Shown piece by piece: positions 44,941-54,588 of a DNA stretch of 64,000 nucleotides. Every line of letters begins with the position of its first letter. Position 1 is the stretch's first letter. The notes below the pieces were generated by a model. The model was not told where the DNA came from. It did no database searches and worked only from the letters and a program-made list of their open reading frames with translations. Made by a program: the position numbers and the translations under genes. The DNA comes from an uncultured Gemmatimonadales bacterium (GTDB lineage: Bacteria > Gemmatimonadota > Gemmatimonadetes > Gemmatimonadales > GWC2-71-9), in assembly GCA_963730185.1 (NCBI GenBank), contig CAVSQW010000014.1, positions 96,001 to 160,000 on the forward strand, written 5' to 3'.

Positions 44941-45525
44941 TCAGTCGCCGTGGTGGTGCCCCTCGAACTGGGGATAGAAGCCGAACGAGCTGCCCACCGA
45001 GCGGAAGGCGCCGCCCAGGTGCAGGTTCAGGTCGATGGTCAGGTCCTGGCCGTCGACGACCGTGAACGGCGTCACCGGCACGACCGACGTCCAGCCGCCG
45101 CCCGGCGGGGTCACGGCAACCCGGCCGCCGTTCAGGAGCACCAGCTCGACCTGGGTCATCACGACCACGATCTGGTCATAGTCGCCCGCCGGCAGGGTGC
45201 CGGCCGGAAGCGGCAAGCCGCCGCCCTTGAGCAGGCCGACGACGTCGATCGTCATGGGGAGGTTCAGGCCGAGACTTACCAGCTGCCCGCTGGTATTCCG
45301 AGCCAGGAAGCTGGCGAAGGTGACGTTGGCGGAATCGAGCCGGGCGAGGGCGTCCGAGCCGTTCCGGTCGGCATCGCTCGCGGCCGGGGCCGCGGCGGCC
45401 TGGTTGGTTGCACTCAGGACGACCTGGACGTTGGTGTGGGGGCCGGTCACGCCCGAGCAGGCCAGGGTGGCCAGGAGGGGCGCAACGCCGGCCAGGAGGA
45501 CGCGAATCCGGACAGGGGGGCGCAT
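44941..45525 (-). CDS. DUF4382-like lipoprotein
   Basis: Lipobox TLAC, beta-rich body, LPAGDYDQIVVVM and C-terminal HHHGD. RBS GGAG. Confidence 0.6.
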   Translation of the reverse strand: MRPPVRIRVLLAGVAPLLATLACSGVTGPHTNVQVVLSATNQAAAAPAASDADRNGSDALARLDSANVTFASFLARNTSGQLVSLGLNLPMTIDVVGLLKGGGLPLPAGTLPAGDYDQIVVVMTQVELVLLNGGRVAVTPPGGGWTSVVPVTPFTVVDGQDLTIDLNLHLGGAFRSVGSSFGFYPQFEGHHHGD

Positions 45526-45681
45526 GGTGGTCTCCGTGGAGGTTGGGGAGCTGCTATGCCACGTCTGACGAACCAGACGCCGAGCTCCCCACACGACGCA
45601 GGATTCTGCAGTCTCGATCCGCTCCGGGAGGGCAGCGGAGCGTCGCTCGGTCGAGGTCGGTGAACACCGCGGTGCTGTCTC

Positions 45682-45719
45682 CCAGGCCGGCATGAATCAT
45701 CCAGGGCGGCATGAATCAT
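45682..45719. repeat. 19-bp tandem repeat (2 copies, 1 mismatch) between divergent genes
   Basis: ccaggccggcatgaatcat / ccagggcggcatgaatcat. Confidence 0.75.
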
Positions 45720-45800
45720 CGCGAGCCCGGTCGAGTCCCGCGCGGGCAGGTCTGGTCGAATCCTGGTAGCTTCTCAGCCCCACTCCATCGGAACTCGTCA

Positions 45801-47720
45801 ATGATCGCGACCCGACGCCTCGTGCTCGCCGCAGTCGTCGCCATCCCGTTCACCTCGGGCAAGCCCCTCGGTGCTCAGCAGCCGCCGACCATCGACCGAC
45901 TCCAGTCGGTCACGCCCTCGATCGCCGGCGAGCCTGCGGTCTGGTCCGCCGACGGCACGCGGCTCTACTACCTGAACGGAGTGGACGGCGCCCTCTGGTC
46001 GGTACCCGCCGACGGTGGGTTCCCAAGCCTGGTCGCGACCATCGACGGTCGGGCCACCCAGCTCCGCCGCTCGCCAGACGGGGCGATGCTCACCTGGGTC
46101 AAGACCGTATCTGGCGGCACCGACATCTTCGGCTTCGACCTGGCGACCGGACGGGAGCGCCGGATCTCCGCGCTCTCGGGGACGGTGCACTCGTACACGA
46201 TCTCGCCCGACGGCCGCTCGATCGCGCTGGCCGACGACCGGAACGGGAGCGAGGACATCTTCGTGGTGAACGTGGCGTCGGGCGCGGCCGTCCGGATCGT
46301 CGGGAGCCCGCTCTACGAGGTGTTCCCGTCGTGGACTCCTGATAGCCGCCAGGTGCTCTACACCCAGCTCGACTCGCGCTGGGTGGATCACGACGTCTAT
46401 GCGATCGCCCCCGAAGGCGGCCAGGCGCGGCGTTTGTTCGGCGACACCGACTACTTCGACTATCGACAAGGGGCGTCGTTCGGGTTCGTGCAGGTCTCGC
46501 CCGACGGCAAGACCGCGCTGTTCCGCTCCCAACGCAGCGGCTGGGCCAACTACTGGTTGATCCCCGTGGCCGGCGGGGAGCCTCGGCCGCTGGCGGCCGA
46601 GTCGGCCGAGCAGAGCGATGCTCGCTGGTCGCCGGATGGGAGCCAGGTCCTCTTCCTCTCGATGACCAACGGCACTCAGAGCCTGAAGGTGGCGGCTGCG
46701 GGTGGCGCGGCCCGGACGATCGTGGCGCCGGAGACGGGGGTCGTCTCGCGGGCCGAGTGGTCGCCGGACGGGCGGCGGATTGCCTATCAGCTCGCTACGC
46801 CGACCAAGGCCAACGACCTCTATCTGGTCGACGTCGCCGGTGGCTCCGCCCGGCGGCTCACCGCGGCCGACCCGGACGGCTCCCTCGCGGCCAACCTGAT
46901 CGTTCCGGAGAAGATCAGCTGGCCGAACGAGGGCCTCACCATCCACGCCTACCTCTGGCGGCCGAAGACCCTGCGGCCCGGGCAGCGGGCCCCGGTGATC
47001 ATGTACGTCCACGGCGGGCCGACCGGTCAGTTCAGCGACAGTTACTACCTCCAGGCCCAGTTCTTCGCGAGCCGAGGCTACGTGGTGATCGCGCCTAACG
47101 TGCGGGGCAGCTCCGGCTACGGGAAGCGGTTCGAGGACGCCAACAACCGGGACTGGGGCCACGGCGACCTCCGCGACGTGCTGGCCGGGGTCGAGTGGGC
47201 CAAGCGGCAGCCGTACGTCAATCCCGGCAAGATCGGGATCACCGGGATCAGCTACGGCGGGATGATGACGATGTACGCCATCTCCTTCGCGCCCGGCGTG
47301 TTCCAGGCCGCCATTTCGGGCTCGGGCTACGGCGACGTCCGCGACTTCCACGGGATCGTGCCGGTGTTCCAGCACACCCAGCTTCTGAATTACGAGCTGG
47401 GGCCCTGGCCCTCGACGCCCGAGGTCGACTCGATCTACCGGCGGAGCTCGGCGATTCTCAAGGTCCAGGACGCGACCGCGCCGGCCTTCCTGATCCATGG
47501 ATACGGGCTCAACGTGCTGGACACCGACTACGCGGCCTGGAAGTACGCCCGGGCGCTGGCGCAGCAGGGTAAGCTGGTCGAGTACAAGAAGTACCCGGGC
47601 GAGACGTACTACGTCTACGGCCGGGAGAACTACCAGGAGATGCTGGGCGACATGCTGGAGTTCTTCGACCGGTACCTCAAGGACAACTCGACCGACGCGA
47701 CCGCGAAGCCGCCCCGCTAG
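45801..47720 (+). CDS. S9 prolyl-oligopeptidase-family protein with atypical catalytic residues
   Basis: Signal peptide, PD40 propeller, HGGP, NVRGSSGYG and GISYGG. The His motif reads YPGETYY. Confidence 0.85.
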   Translation: MIATRRLVLAAVVAIPFTSGKPLGAQQPPTIDRLQSVTPSIAGEPAVWSADGTRLYYLNGVDGALWSVPADGGFPSLVATIDGRATQLRRSPDGAMLTWVKTVSGGTDIFGFDLATGRERRISALSGTVHSYTISPDGRSIALADDRNGSEDIFVVNVASGAAVRIVGSPLYEVFPSWTPDSRQVLYTQLDSRWVDHDVYAIAPEGGQARRLFGDTDYFDYRQGASFGFVQVSPDGKTALFRSQRSGWANYWLIPVAGGEPRPLAAESAEQSDARWSPDGSQVLFLSMTNGTQSLKVAAAGGAARTIVAPETGVVSRAEWSPDGRRIAYQLATPTKANDLYLVDVAGGSARRLTAADPDGSLAANLIVPEKISWPNEGLTIHAYLWRPKTLRPGQRAPVIMYVHGGPTGQFSDSYYLQAQFFASRGYVVIAPNVRGSSGYGKRFEDANNRDWGHGDLRDVLAGVEWAKRQPYVNPGKIGITGISYGGMMTMYAISFAPGVFQAAISGSGYGDVRDFHGIVPVFQHTQLLNYELGPWPSTPEVDSIYRRSSAILKVQDATAPAFLIHGYGLNVLDTDYAAWKYARALAQQGKLVEYKKYPGETYYVYGRENYQEMLGDMLEFFDRYLKDNSTDATAKPPR

Positions 47721-48925
47721 TTGGGCCAGCCCTCCTGCGGCAGCCCCGGCGTGATCTTGAGCGCGTTGGCGAAGTACACCTTCTTCAGGACCGAGTCCGG
47801 GAGGTCGATCCCGTAGAGCTTCCAGGTGGCGTGGTAGTCCCGGTAGTAGGGGAAGTAGTCGTCCCGGGTCTCGAACACCCGCCAGTAGTAGGGATACTCC
47901 TCTGGCTGGAAGGAGTCCTTTCCGAAGAGGATCCGGTCCTGGAACTCGATAAAGAAGTCGTGCGCGGCCCGGGGTTGGCGGCCGATGTCGTAGAGGACCG
48001 CTCCGACCTCGGTGTAGACATTCGGCAACTCCCGGAGCAGCCGGCCGAGCCGGCCCAGGTCGTTGGCCTCCCAGCCCAGATGGGCGACCACGAAGGTCGT
48101 CTTGGGGTGGCGGCGCAGCAGGTTGTCGCGTTCTCTCAGGAGCTCTTCGAAGGCCGGAAACTTGTCGGCCGGGTAGCGCCGGTTGGGGAAGAGGGCCAGC
48201 TCGAGCCAGCGCTCGTTGTGGTCGTCGATCGGTTCCCAGAACTGCTCCGGATCGGCGGTATGGATGAACACCGGGATTCCGAGGCGGGCGGCCGCGTCCC
48301 AGATCGGGTCGAGCGCGGGGTCGTCGATGGCCAGGCGGGTGCCGTCGGCTTTCGTGATGCTGAGCCCCAGGCTCTTGCTGATCTCGCCAATGCCCACCGC
48401 GCCCGCTTTCACGTCCGCCTCGAGCTCTGCCACCGCCCGCTCCGCCCAACCCGGTCCGACATTCTTGAAGTCGATCCCGGCCAGGAACCGGACCCGGTCC
48501 TTCATCGCGGCGGAGCCGTTGACCACCGCGGCCTGCTTCACGAGGTTGTCGCCGGAGACGTCGTTGGCCGCCACGATCAGCCGGACGCCGACACTGTCGA
48601 GCCCGGCCTCGAGCCTGGCGAGCCCGGCGGCATCGTTCAGCAGGCCGAAGGGATGGCCATGAAAGTCGATGGCCGGGAACTTGGCGCGGGGCACCATATG
48701 GACGTCCGTCACCAGGGTGGACCGGGGGCGGTAGTCCACGATGCTGGGGACGGGCAGAGTCGGCGCCTGACAGAGGCGAGGTCGGATCTCGGTCATCCCG
48801 GCCGGACACTCCTCGCCGGGCCCGATCCGGACCCCTCGGTTGCCCCCTCCCGGCCCTTGTGCCAAGAGCCCGGACGCGGTCAGGACCGCCAAGGCGAGCG
48901 AGCTGATCGTGCGAAGAACGGGCAT
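47717..48925 (-). CDS. Exported amidohydrolase-2 family protein
   Basis: Signal peptide, IDFHGH, IGEI, PVFIHTAD, VVAHLG and ILFGKD. Confidence 0.85.
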   Translation of the reverse strand: MPVLRTISSLALAVLTASGLLAQGPGGGNRGVRIGPGEECPAGMTEIRPRLCQAPTLPVPSIVDYRPRSTLVTDVHMVPRAKFPAIDFHGHPFGLLNDAAGLARLEAGLDSVGVRLIVAANDVSGDNLVKQAAVVNGSAAMKDRVRFLAGIDFKNVGPGWAERAVAELEADVKAGAVGIGEISKSLGLSITKADGTRLAIDDPALDPIWDAAARLGIPVFIHTADPEQFWEPIDDHNERWLELALFPNRRYPADKFPAFEELLRERDNLLRRHPKTTFVVAHLGWEANDLGRLGRLLRELPNVYTEVGAVLYDIGRQPRAAHDFFIEFQDRILFGKDSFQPEEYPYYWRVFETRDDYFPYYRDYHATWKLYGIDLPDSVLKKVYFANALKITPGLPQEGWPN

Positions 48926-49464
48926 CGGGCCTCCGGATCGAGAGGTCCGGAATCTGCCCGGGTCCGGGGCGGGTGTGAAGCGACGGGAGCCGCTCCGACC
49001 GGGTCGGGCAGGCCGGTCCCGATCCGCGGCGCCTGACGCGAGGCTCGGTGGCCGGTCGGGGGGAATTGTGATTCTCGAAATCACATTTGGGTCGGTGAGG
49101 GCCCGGCCCACCCACCGGCAGCCCGTTCCTGAATCAGAGGAAAGCTGGCTTTACCGCTGCTCGACGACCAACGTCACCGCTTGCGCTTCGGGCGGGTCCC
49201 CGCGTGAGGTGGCTCGGACGGTAACGGTTCCGGCTGCAGTCCGACCGCCCATGCGGCCGAGTCGTTGGAGAGCCGGAGCCGGACCAGTTCGGGTGGCATT
49301 GCGTCCCAGTCGAACGCCGGCAACACCGGACAGCCGGGGTCGGGGTTGACCCGAGCCGTGAATTGGAGGGAATCGCCGACCGCCGGGTATCGTGGGCGCC
49401 CGGCTCGCCCGGCTCGCCCGGCGTCCGGCCCGGCAGTACCTTCGAGCATCCCTTCGAGGCCACC

Positions 49465-51486
49465 ATGACGATGTTCCCGAGCCGGCTCACGCCCTCGTTT
49501 GCCGGGCTGCTTGCTACCCTGGTGCTGGTCGGCTGCCAGCCCGGCACCGAGGCATCCCAGGCCGCTGCCGAGCCGGCGCACCCGCTCGATCCGCTCACCC
49601 AGGCCGAGTATGGCCGGGCCGTCGACCTTCTCCGCTCGGCCGGCCACGTCGACTCGGCCACCCGCTTCGTGACCCTGGAAGTCGAGGATCCCGACAAGGC
49701 GACCGTCCTGGCCTGGCGCGAGGGCGAACCGATCGGCCGGTCGGCGTTCGCGATCGTCAAGCAAGGGCTCCAGACCTTCGAGGGCGTGGTCGATCTGACC
49801 CGGGGGTCGGTGACGTCGTGGCGGGAGATTCCCGGAGTCCAACCCAGCGTGCTGGGCGAAGAGATGGCCGCGGTGGGAGACATCCTGGGGCGGAACCAGC
49901 GGTTCGTTGCCGCTCTCGCCGCCCGGGGGTTCACGATCGACAAGCTCCTCTGCGCCCCCTGGACGCTCGGCAACTACGCCATCCCCGAGCACGCCGGCCG
50001 CCGCCTCCTCAAGACAGCCTGCTTCGTAATCGCCGGGGGAGGGAGCCCGTTCACCCGCCCGATCGAGGGCCTCTGGGCCATCGTGGACCTCAACGCCCAC
50101 GAGGTGGTGGAGATTCACGACGACGCCGTGATCCCGGTGACCGATGCGCCCGCCGCGACCGACGAGCAATCGGTCGCCTCGAAGCGGACGGCGCTCAACC
50201 CGGTGCGGATGGTGACGCCGAACGGTTCCAACGTCACGCTCCACGGCCACGTCCTCGAGTGGGACAACTGGTCGCTCCACTACCGGATGGAGAAGCGCTC
50301 GGGGCTGGTCATCTCCACCGTGCGCTACCATGACGGCGATCGGGAGCGGTCGGTCCTCTATCGAGGCGCGCTGGCCGAGCTGTTCGTGCCGTACATGGAT
50401 CCGGAAGGCAACTGGTTCTCGCGGACGTTCATGGACGCGGGCGAGTACGGGTTCGGCGCGTCGGCGACGCCACTCGAGGCCGGCGTCGACTGTCCCGAGT
50501 CGGGTCGGCTGGTCGACGCTCTGGTGCCGGACGATCACGGCGTGCCGGCGGTGGTCCCGGGTGCCATCTGCATCTTCGAGCGGAACGCCGGCGATCCCGC
50601 TTGGCGGCACTTCGACAACATCCTCGGGACCGGCTTCGAGGGCCGGCGGTCGGTGGAGCTGGTGATCCGGATGATCGCCGCGGTGGGGAACTATGACTAC
50701 TTCCTCGATTGGACCTTTACCCAGGACGGGCGGATCAAGGTGCGGATCGGCGCCTCGGGCTACGATGGACTCAAAGGCGTGCTGAGCCGCTCGATGGGCG
50801 ACTCGACCGCTGCGGCGGAGACCGGCTACGGCACCCTGGTGGCGCCCGGCCTGGTGGCCGCCAATCACGACCACTTCTTCAGTCTCCGGCTGGACCTCGA
50901 CGTCGACGGGCCAGGCAACAGTTTTGCGATCGACCGGCTGACGCCGAAGGACTTCGACGGACCGAGAAGCGGGTGGGTGGTGCAGTCCCGGGTCGCGCGG
51001 ACCGAGCGCGACGCGATGATCGACTACGATCCGGCCCGGCCGGCGTATTGGCGCGTCTTCAACCCGACCGCGCCGGGTCCGGTGGGCCACTCGCCCGGCT
51101 ACCTCCTCCGGCCCGGTAACACGGTCGCCTACAGCCTGCTGACCGCCGGCGACATGGCCCAGCAGCGAGCGGTGTTCACGACCCATCAGCTCTGGGTGAC
51201 GCCCGAGCGCGCCGACGAGCGATATCCGGCCGGCGACTACGTGAACCAGAGCCCGGGCGGGCAGGGGCTCTCGGCCTGGACCGCCGCGAACCGGCCGATC
51301 GAGAACACCGACCTGGTGCTCTGGTACACGGCCGGCTTCCACCACGTGCCCCGGACGGAGGACTTCCCGATCATGCCGAGTGCCTGGGAGGAGCTGGAGT
51401 TGGTGCCGTTCAACTTCTTCGGGCGGAACCCGGCGTTGGACGTCCGGACCGGGTGGCGGGGCGACGCCGCCAACGGCGCCCGATGA
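49465..51486 (+). CDS. tynA: Copper-containing primary amine oxidase, predicted lipoprotein
   Basis: HPLDPLT, ELFVPYMDP, DAGEYGFG, TPQ motif GNYDY, Cu ligands HDH and FHH, EDFPIMP. Lipobox LVGC. Confidence 0.9.
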   Translation: MTMFPSRLTPSFAGLLATLVLVGCQPGTEASQAAAEPAHPLDPLTQAEYGRAVDLLRSAGHVDSATRFVTLEVEDPDKATVLAWREGEPIGRSAFAIVKQGLQTFEGVVDLTRGSVTSWREIPGVQPSVLGEEMAAVGDILGRNQRFVAALAARGFTIDKLLCAPWTLGNYAIPEHAGRRLLKTACFVIAGGGSPFTRPIEGLWAIVDLNAHEVVEIHDDAVIPVTDAPAATDEQSVASKRTALNPVRMVTPNGSNVTLHGHVLEWDNWSLHYRMEKRSGLVISTVRYHDGDRERSVLYRGALAELFVPYMDPEGNWFSRTFMDAGEYGFGASATPLEAGVDCPESGRLVDALVPDDHGVPAVVPGAICIFERNAGDPAWRHFDNILGTGFEGRRSVELVIRMIAAVGNYDYFLDWTFTQDGRIKVRIGASGYDGLKGVLSRSMGDSTAAAETGYGTLVAPGLVAANHDHFFSLRLDLDVDGPGNSFAIDRLTPKDFDGPRSGWVVQSRVARTERDAMIDYDPARPAYWRVFNPTAPGPVGHSPGYLLRPGNTVAYSLLTAGDMAQQRAVFTTHQLWVTPERADERYPAGDYVNQSPGGQGLSAWTAANRPIENTDLVLWYTAGFHHVPRTEDFPIMPSAWEELELVPFNFFGRNPALDVRTGWRGDAANGAR

Positions 51487-51830
51487 TTCGGGCGGTCGAG
51501 GCCCCGGCGTCTGTCACTCTTAGCCTCGTCGCCGAATACGCGGGCAGCGCGTATTCGGCATCCAAACACGGATTGATCGGCTTGATGCGATCGGTGGCCC
51601 AGGACGCGGGAAAGCACGGCGTCACCTCGAATGCCGTACTCCCAGGCTGGGTGCGGACCGAGATGGCCGAGCGTTCGGCCCGGGCCGAGGCGGCCGCCCG
51701 GGGCATCACCCCCGAGCAGGTGTGGGAGGAGCGAGCGGCCCTGTATCCGGCCGGCCGGGTCGCGACGGCGCAGGAGGTGGCCGAGATGATCGCGTTCTTG
51801 GCTTCGGAAGAGTCGAGCGGGGTCAGCGGC
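51483..51830 (+). pseudogene. SDR oxidoreductase fragment lacking the N-terminal Rossmann fold
   Basis: AYSASKHG, NAVLPGWVRTEM and EVAEMIAFLAS are present. TGxxxGIG and NNAG are absent, and similarity stops at SSGVSG. Confidence 0.7.
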
Positions 51831-51953
51831 CGTGACCCAGCGTCCCGATCTGTGGCCCGGCCACCATCGCTCCTTGGAGCGAGCCGGCGACGAGCCCGCT
51901 GTTCCGGCCGGACCCTCATCCTTGCGGCGGATATTCTTTCGAGAGGTGCCTCC

Positions 51954-52694
51954 ATGCTCGAACGCATCATGGACCTGCCTGACCACGTGCTTGGCTTCAA
52001 GGCCAGTGGGAGGGTTACCGCCGAAGACTACGAGTCGATGCTCGTACCTGCCGTCGAGACGGCGCTGAGCCACCACAAGAGAGTCCGACTCCTGTACGTC
52101 CTGGGAGACGGCTTCGAGGGTTTCACCGGGGCCGCCGCGTGGGAAGATGCCAAGGTTGGTCTGCGGCATTTCACCCGGTTCGAGCGGGTTGCCGTGGTCA
52201 CCAGCGTCGTTTGGGTCCGGAATTCTGTCAAGGCGTTCGGCTTTATGATGCCAGGCGATGTCAGAGTATTCGAAAGCGATGACATTCAGAAGGCCCGTGA
52301 ATGGATCTCGGAGCCTCCTCCAGCCGGCGATCTGGTCGTCGAGTTTCTCGACGAACAGGGTGTCTTGATCCTGCGGCCGCTGGGTGAGCTCACCGCCGCC
52401 GACTTCGAGCGTGTGTCCCGCGCGGTCGATCCCTATCTCGAGAAGAAGGGCGCGCTCGAGGGGGTGATGATCGTCGCCGAGCATTTCCCGGGCTGGGACG
52501 ATCTGGGGGCGCTGGCTGCACACGTACGATTCGTCAGGGACCACCATCAAAAGGTCAAACGGCTGGCCATCGTTTCCAACGATCCCATCATGTCAGCGAT
52601 GCCATATCTGGCGCGCCACTTCCTGGTGAAAGAGTCCCGCCGCTTCCCGTTCGATCAGAGGGATCAGGCCCTTGCCTGGGTGAGCCAGGAGTAG
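51954..52694 (+). CDS. Tandem STAS/SEC14 (SpoIIAA-like) domain protein
   Basis: Two repeats: ASGRVTAEDY...FERVAVV and PLGELTAADF...VKRLAIV. RBS GAGG. Confidence 0.8.
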   Translation: MLERIMDLPDHVLGFKASGRVTAEDYESMLVPAVETALSHHKRVRLLYVLGDGFEGFTGAAAWEDAKVGLRHFTRFERVAVVTSVVWVRNSVKAFGFMMPGDVRVFESDDIQKAREWISEPPPAGDLVVEFLDEQGVLILRPLGELTAADFERVSRAVDPYLEKKGALEGVMIVAEHFPGWDDLGALAAHVRFVRDHHQKVKRLAIVSNDPIMSAMPYLARHFLVKESRRFPFDQRDQALAWVSQE

Positions 52695-52969
52695 CCCGGG
52701 TCGACGACGCTCTGACTCCACATGGGCCCGTTCGGCCCGCGACGGCTGGTCACGAGCGATCATGCCCACACGCCCGGCCGGCGCCACCGAGGCCGGGCGC
52801 CATACGGTGGCAGCGACGAGGGCGATGTCTGGGTGATGACGCCGGAGCCGCCCTGGCGGTGCGTTCAGTGGGTGGGCGCGCAGATGGCGGATCGGTGTCC
52901 CAGGGCGATAGGTTGTTCGCTCAACCATGACGTCCGCCCTCCGCCGTTGACGAAGGGAGCAGACACCCG

Positions 52970-53740
52970 GTGAGCCTGCGTGGCCTGAAGGGCAAGAACG
53001 TCTTGGTGACCGGCGGTGCGAGCGGCATCGGCCAGGCCACCGCGGCACGTTTTCTCCAAGAGGGCTGCGCCGTCTCGGTTCTCGACCGGAGCGGCGACGC
53101 CCGAGTCCGGGTGGCCAGGGAGCTTCCCGACCTGGCCGGCGTGATCGACGCCGACGTCTCGGATCCGGCGCAGGCCCGGCGGGGCTTTCAGGAGGCGGTC
53201 GAGCGCATGGGATCGGTCGACGTGCTGATCAACAACGCCGGCATCAGCATCCGCCACGCCTTTCTCGAGATCACGCCCGAAGAATGGGACGCCGTCCTGG
53301 GTGTGAACCTCACGGGCCTGTTCTTCATGGCGCAGACCGCTGCGCGGCACATGGTGAGCAGAGGGTCGGGCGTAATCCTCAACACGGCGTCGACGGCGGG
53401 AAGCACCGGCTACCCGCACTACGCCGACTACAGCGCCAGCAAGGGCGGGGTCATCGCGCTGACGTTGGCCATGGCCCTGGAGCTCGCTCCGACCGTCCGG
53501 GTGAACGCGATTTCGCCCGGGTACGTCCTGACGCCGATGCAGCGCGCCGAATACACGGAGCCCATGCTGGAGGCGGTGAATCGGAAGATCCCGATGGGCC
53601 GCCACGCGAAGCCGGAGGAGATTGCGGGCTGGTTCGCGTTCCTGGCGTCCGAGGACGCCGGGTTCGCCACCGGCCAGGTCTACGTCGTGGACGGGGGGGA
53701 GACGACCGGCGGCCTCTGCAGCCAGTGGGCCCATGAATAG
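52970..53740 (+). CDS. SDR family oxidoreductase
   Basis: TGGASGIG, NNAG, YSASK and VNAISPG. Confidence 0.92.
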   Translation: MSLRGLKGKNVLVTGGASGIGQATAARFLQEGCAVSVLDRSGDARVRVARELPDLAGVIDADVSDPAQARRGFQEAVERMGSVDVLINNAGISIRHAFLEITPEEWDAVLGVNLTGLFFMAQTAARHMVSRGSGVILNTASTAGSTGYPHYADYSASKGGVIALTLAMALELAPTVRVNAISPGYVLTPMQRAEYTEPMLEAVNRKIPMGRHAKPEEIAGWFAFLASEDAGFATGQVYVVDGGETTGGLCSQWAHE

Positions 53741-53758
53741 GCACGTGGGGGAGGTCCG

Positions 53759-54520
53759 ATGAGACTCAGCGGCAAGGTCGCTCTGATCACGGGCGGCACC
53801 TCAGGGATCGGCAGCGCGACGGCCAGACGATTCGCGGCCGAAGGCGCGGCGGTCGCCATCACCGGCCGGAACGTCGAACGGGGCGAGCAGGTGGTCCGGG
53901 ACCTCGTCACGACCGGTGCCCAGGCGATGTTCGTTCGTTCGGACGTGCGGGTGGCGGAGGAGTGTCGTCATGCCGTCGAGCGGACGCTCGAACGATTCGG
54001 CCGGATCGACGTGCTGTTCAACAACGCCGGGGTCTTTCATCCAAAGACCGTGCCCGACTGCACCGAGGAGGAGTGGGACGAGACCATCGATTCCAGCCTG
54101 AAGGGCGCCTTCCTGATGTCGAAGTACGTGCTGCCGTCGATGATCGAGCGGGGCAGCGGCTCGATCATTCACACCAGCTCGGGCTGGGGCATCCAGGGCG
54201 GCGACCAGGCGGCGGCCTATTGTGCCGCCAAGGGCGGACTGATCGTCATGGCCAAGGCCATGGCGATCGATCACGGCCGGCACGGTATCCGGGTCAACTG
54301 CGTCTGTCCGGGCGACGTGATGACGCCGATGCTCCCCGACGACGCCGCCAAGCGGGGCCAGTCGTGGGACGAGTACGCCGCGGGCGCCGCGAAGCGGCCG
54401 CTGGGGCGGATCGGGACCGCGGAGGAAATCGCCGAGGCGGTGCTGTACCTGGCCTCGGACGAGTCGTCGTTCGTGACCGGAACGGCGCTGGTCGTGGACG
54501 GGGGCGGCATCGCCGGTTGA
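53759..54520 (+). CDS. SDR family oxidoreductase
   Basis: TGGTSGIG, NNAG, YCAAK, VNCVCPG and VDGG. Confidence 0.93.
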   Translation: MRLSGKVALITGGTSGIGSATARRFAAEGAAVAITGRNVERGEQVVRDLVTTGAQAMFVRSDVRVAEECRHAVERTLERFGRIDVLFNNAGVFHPKTVPDCTEEEWDETIDSSLKGAFLMSKYVLPSMIERGSGSIIHTSSGWGIQGGDQAAAYCAAKGGLIVMAKAMAIDHGRHGIRVNCVCPGDVMTPMLPDDAAKRGQSWDEYAAGAAKRPLGRIGTAEEIAEAVLYLASDESSFVTGTALVVDGGGIAG

Positions 54521-54588
54521 TGAAGCGGGGGCGGCGGTTCTGGGCGGCAGGCGCTAGGTTGGAGGACCCGAGCCGCTCAGGAGTCTCG

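Noticed and set aside
45546..45561. Sigma-54 box upstream of the DUF4382-like gene (minus strand TGGCATAGCAGCTCCC)
   Set aside because: The invariant GC at -12 is absent.
52722..52973. 83-aa ORF or a further kinase C-terminal remnant (SDEGDVWVM)
   Set aside because: Only a few suggestive residues and no RBS or other support.
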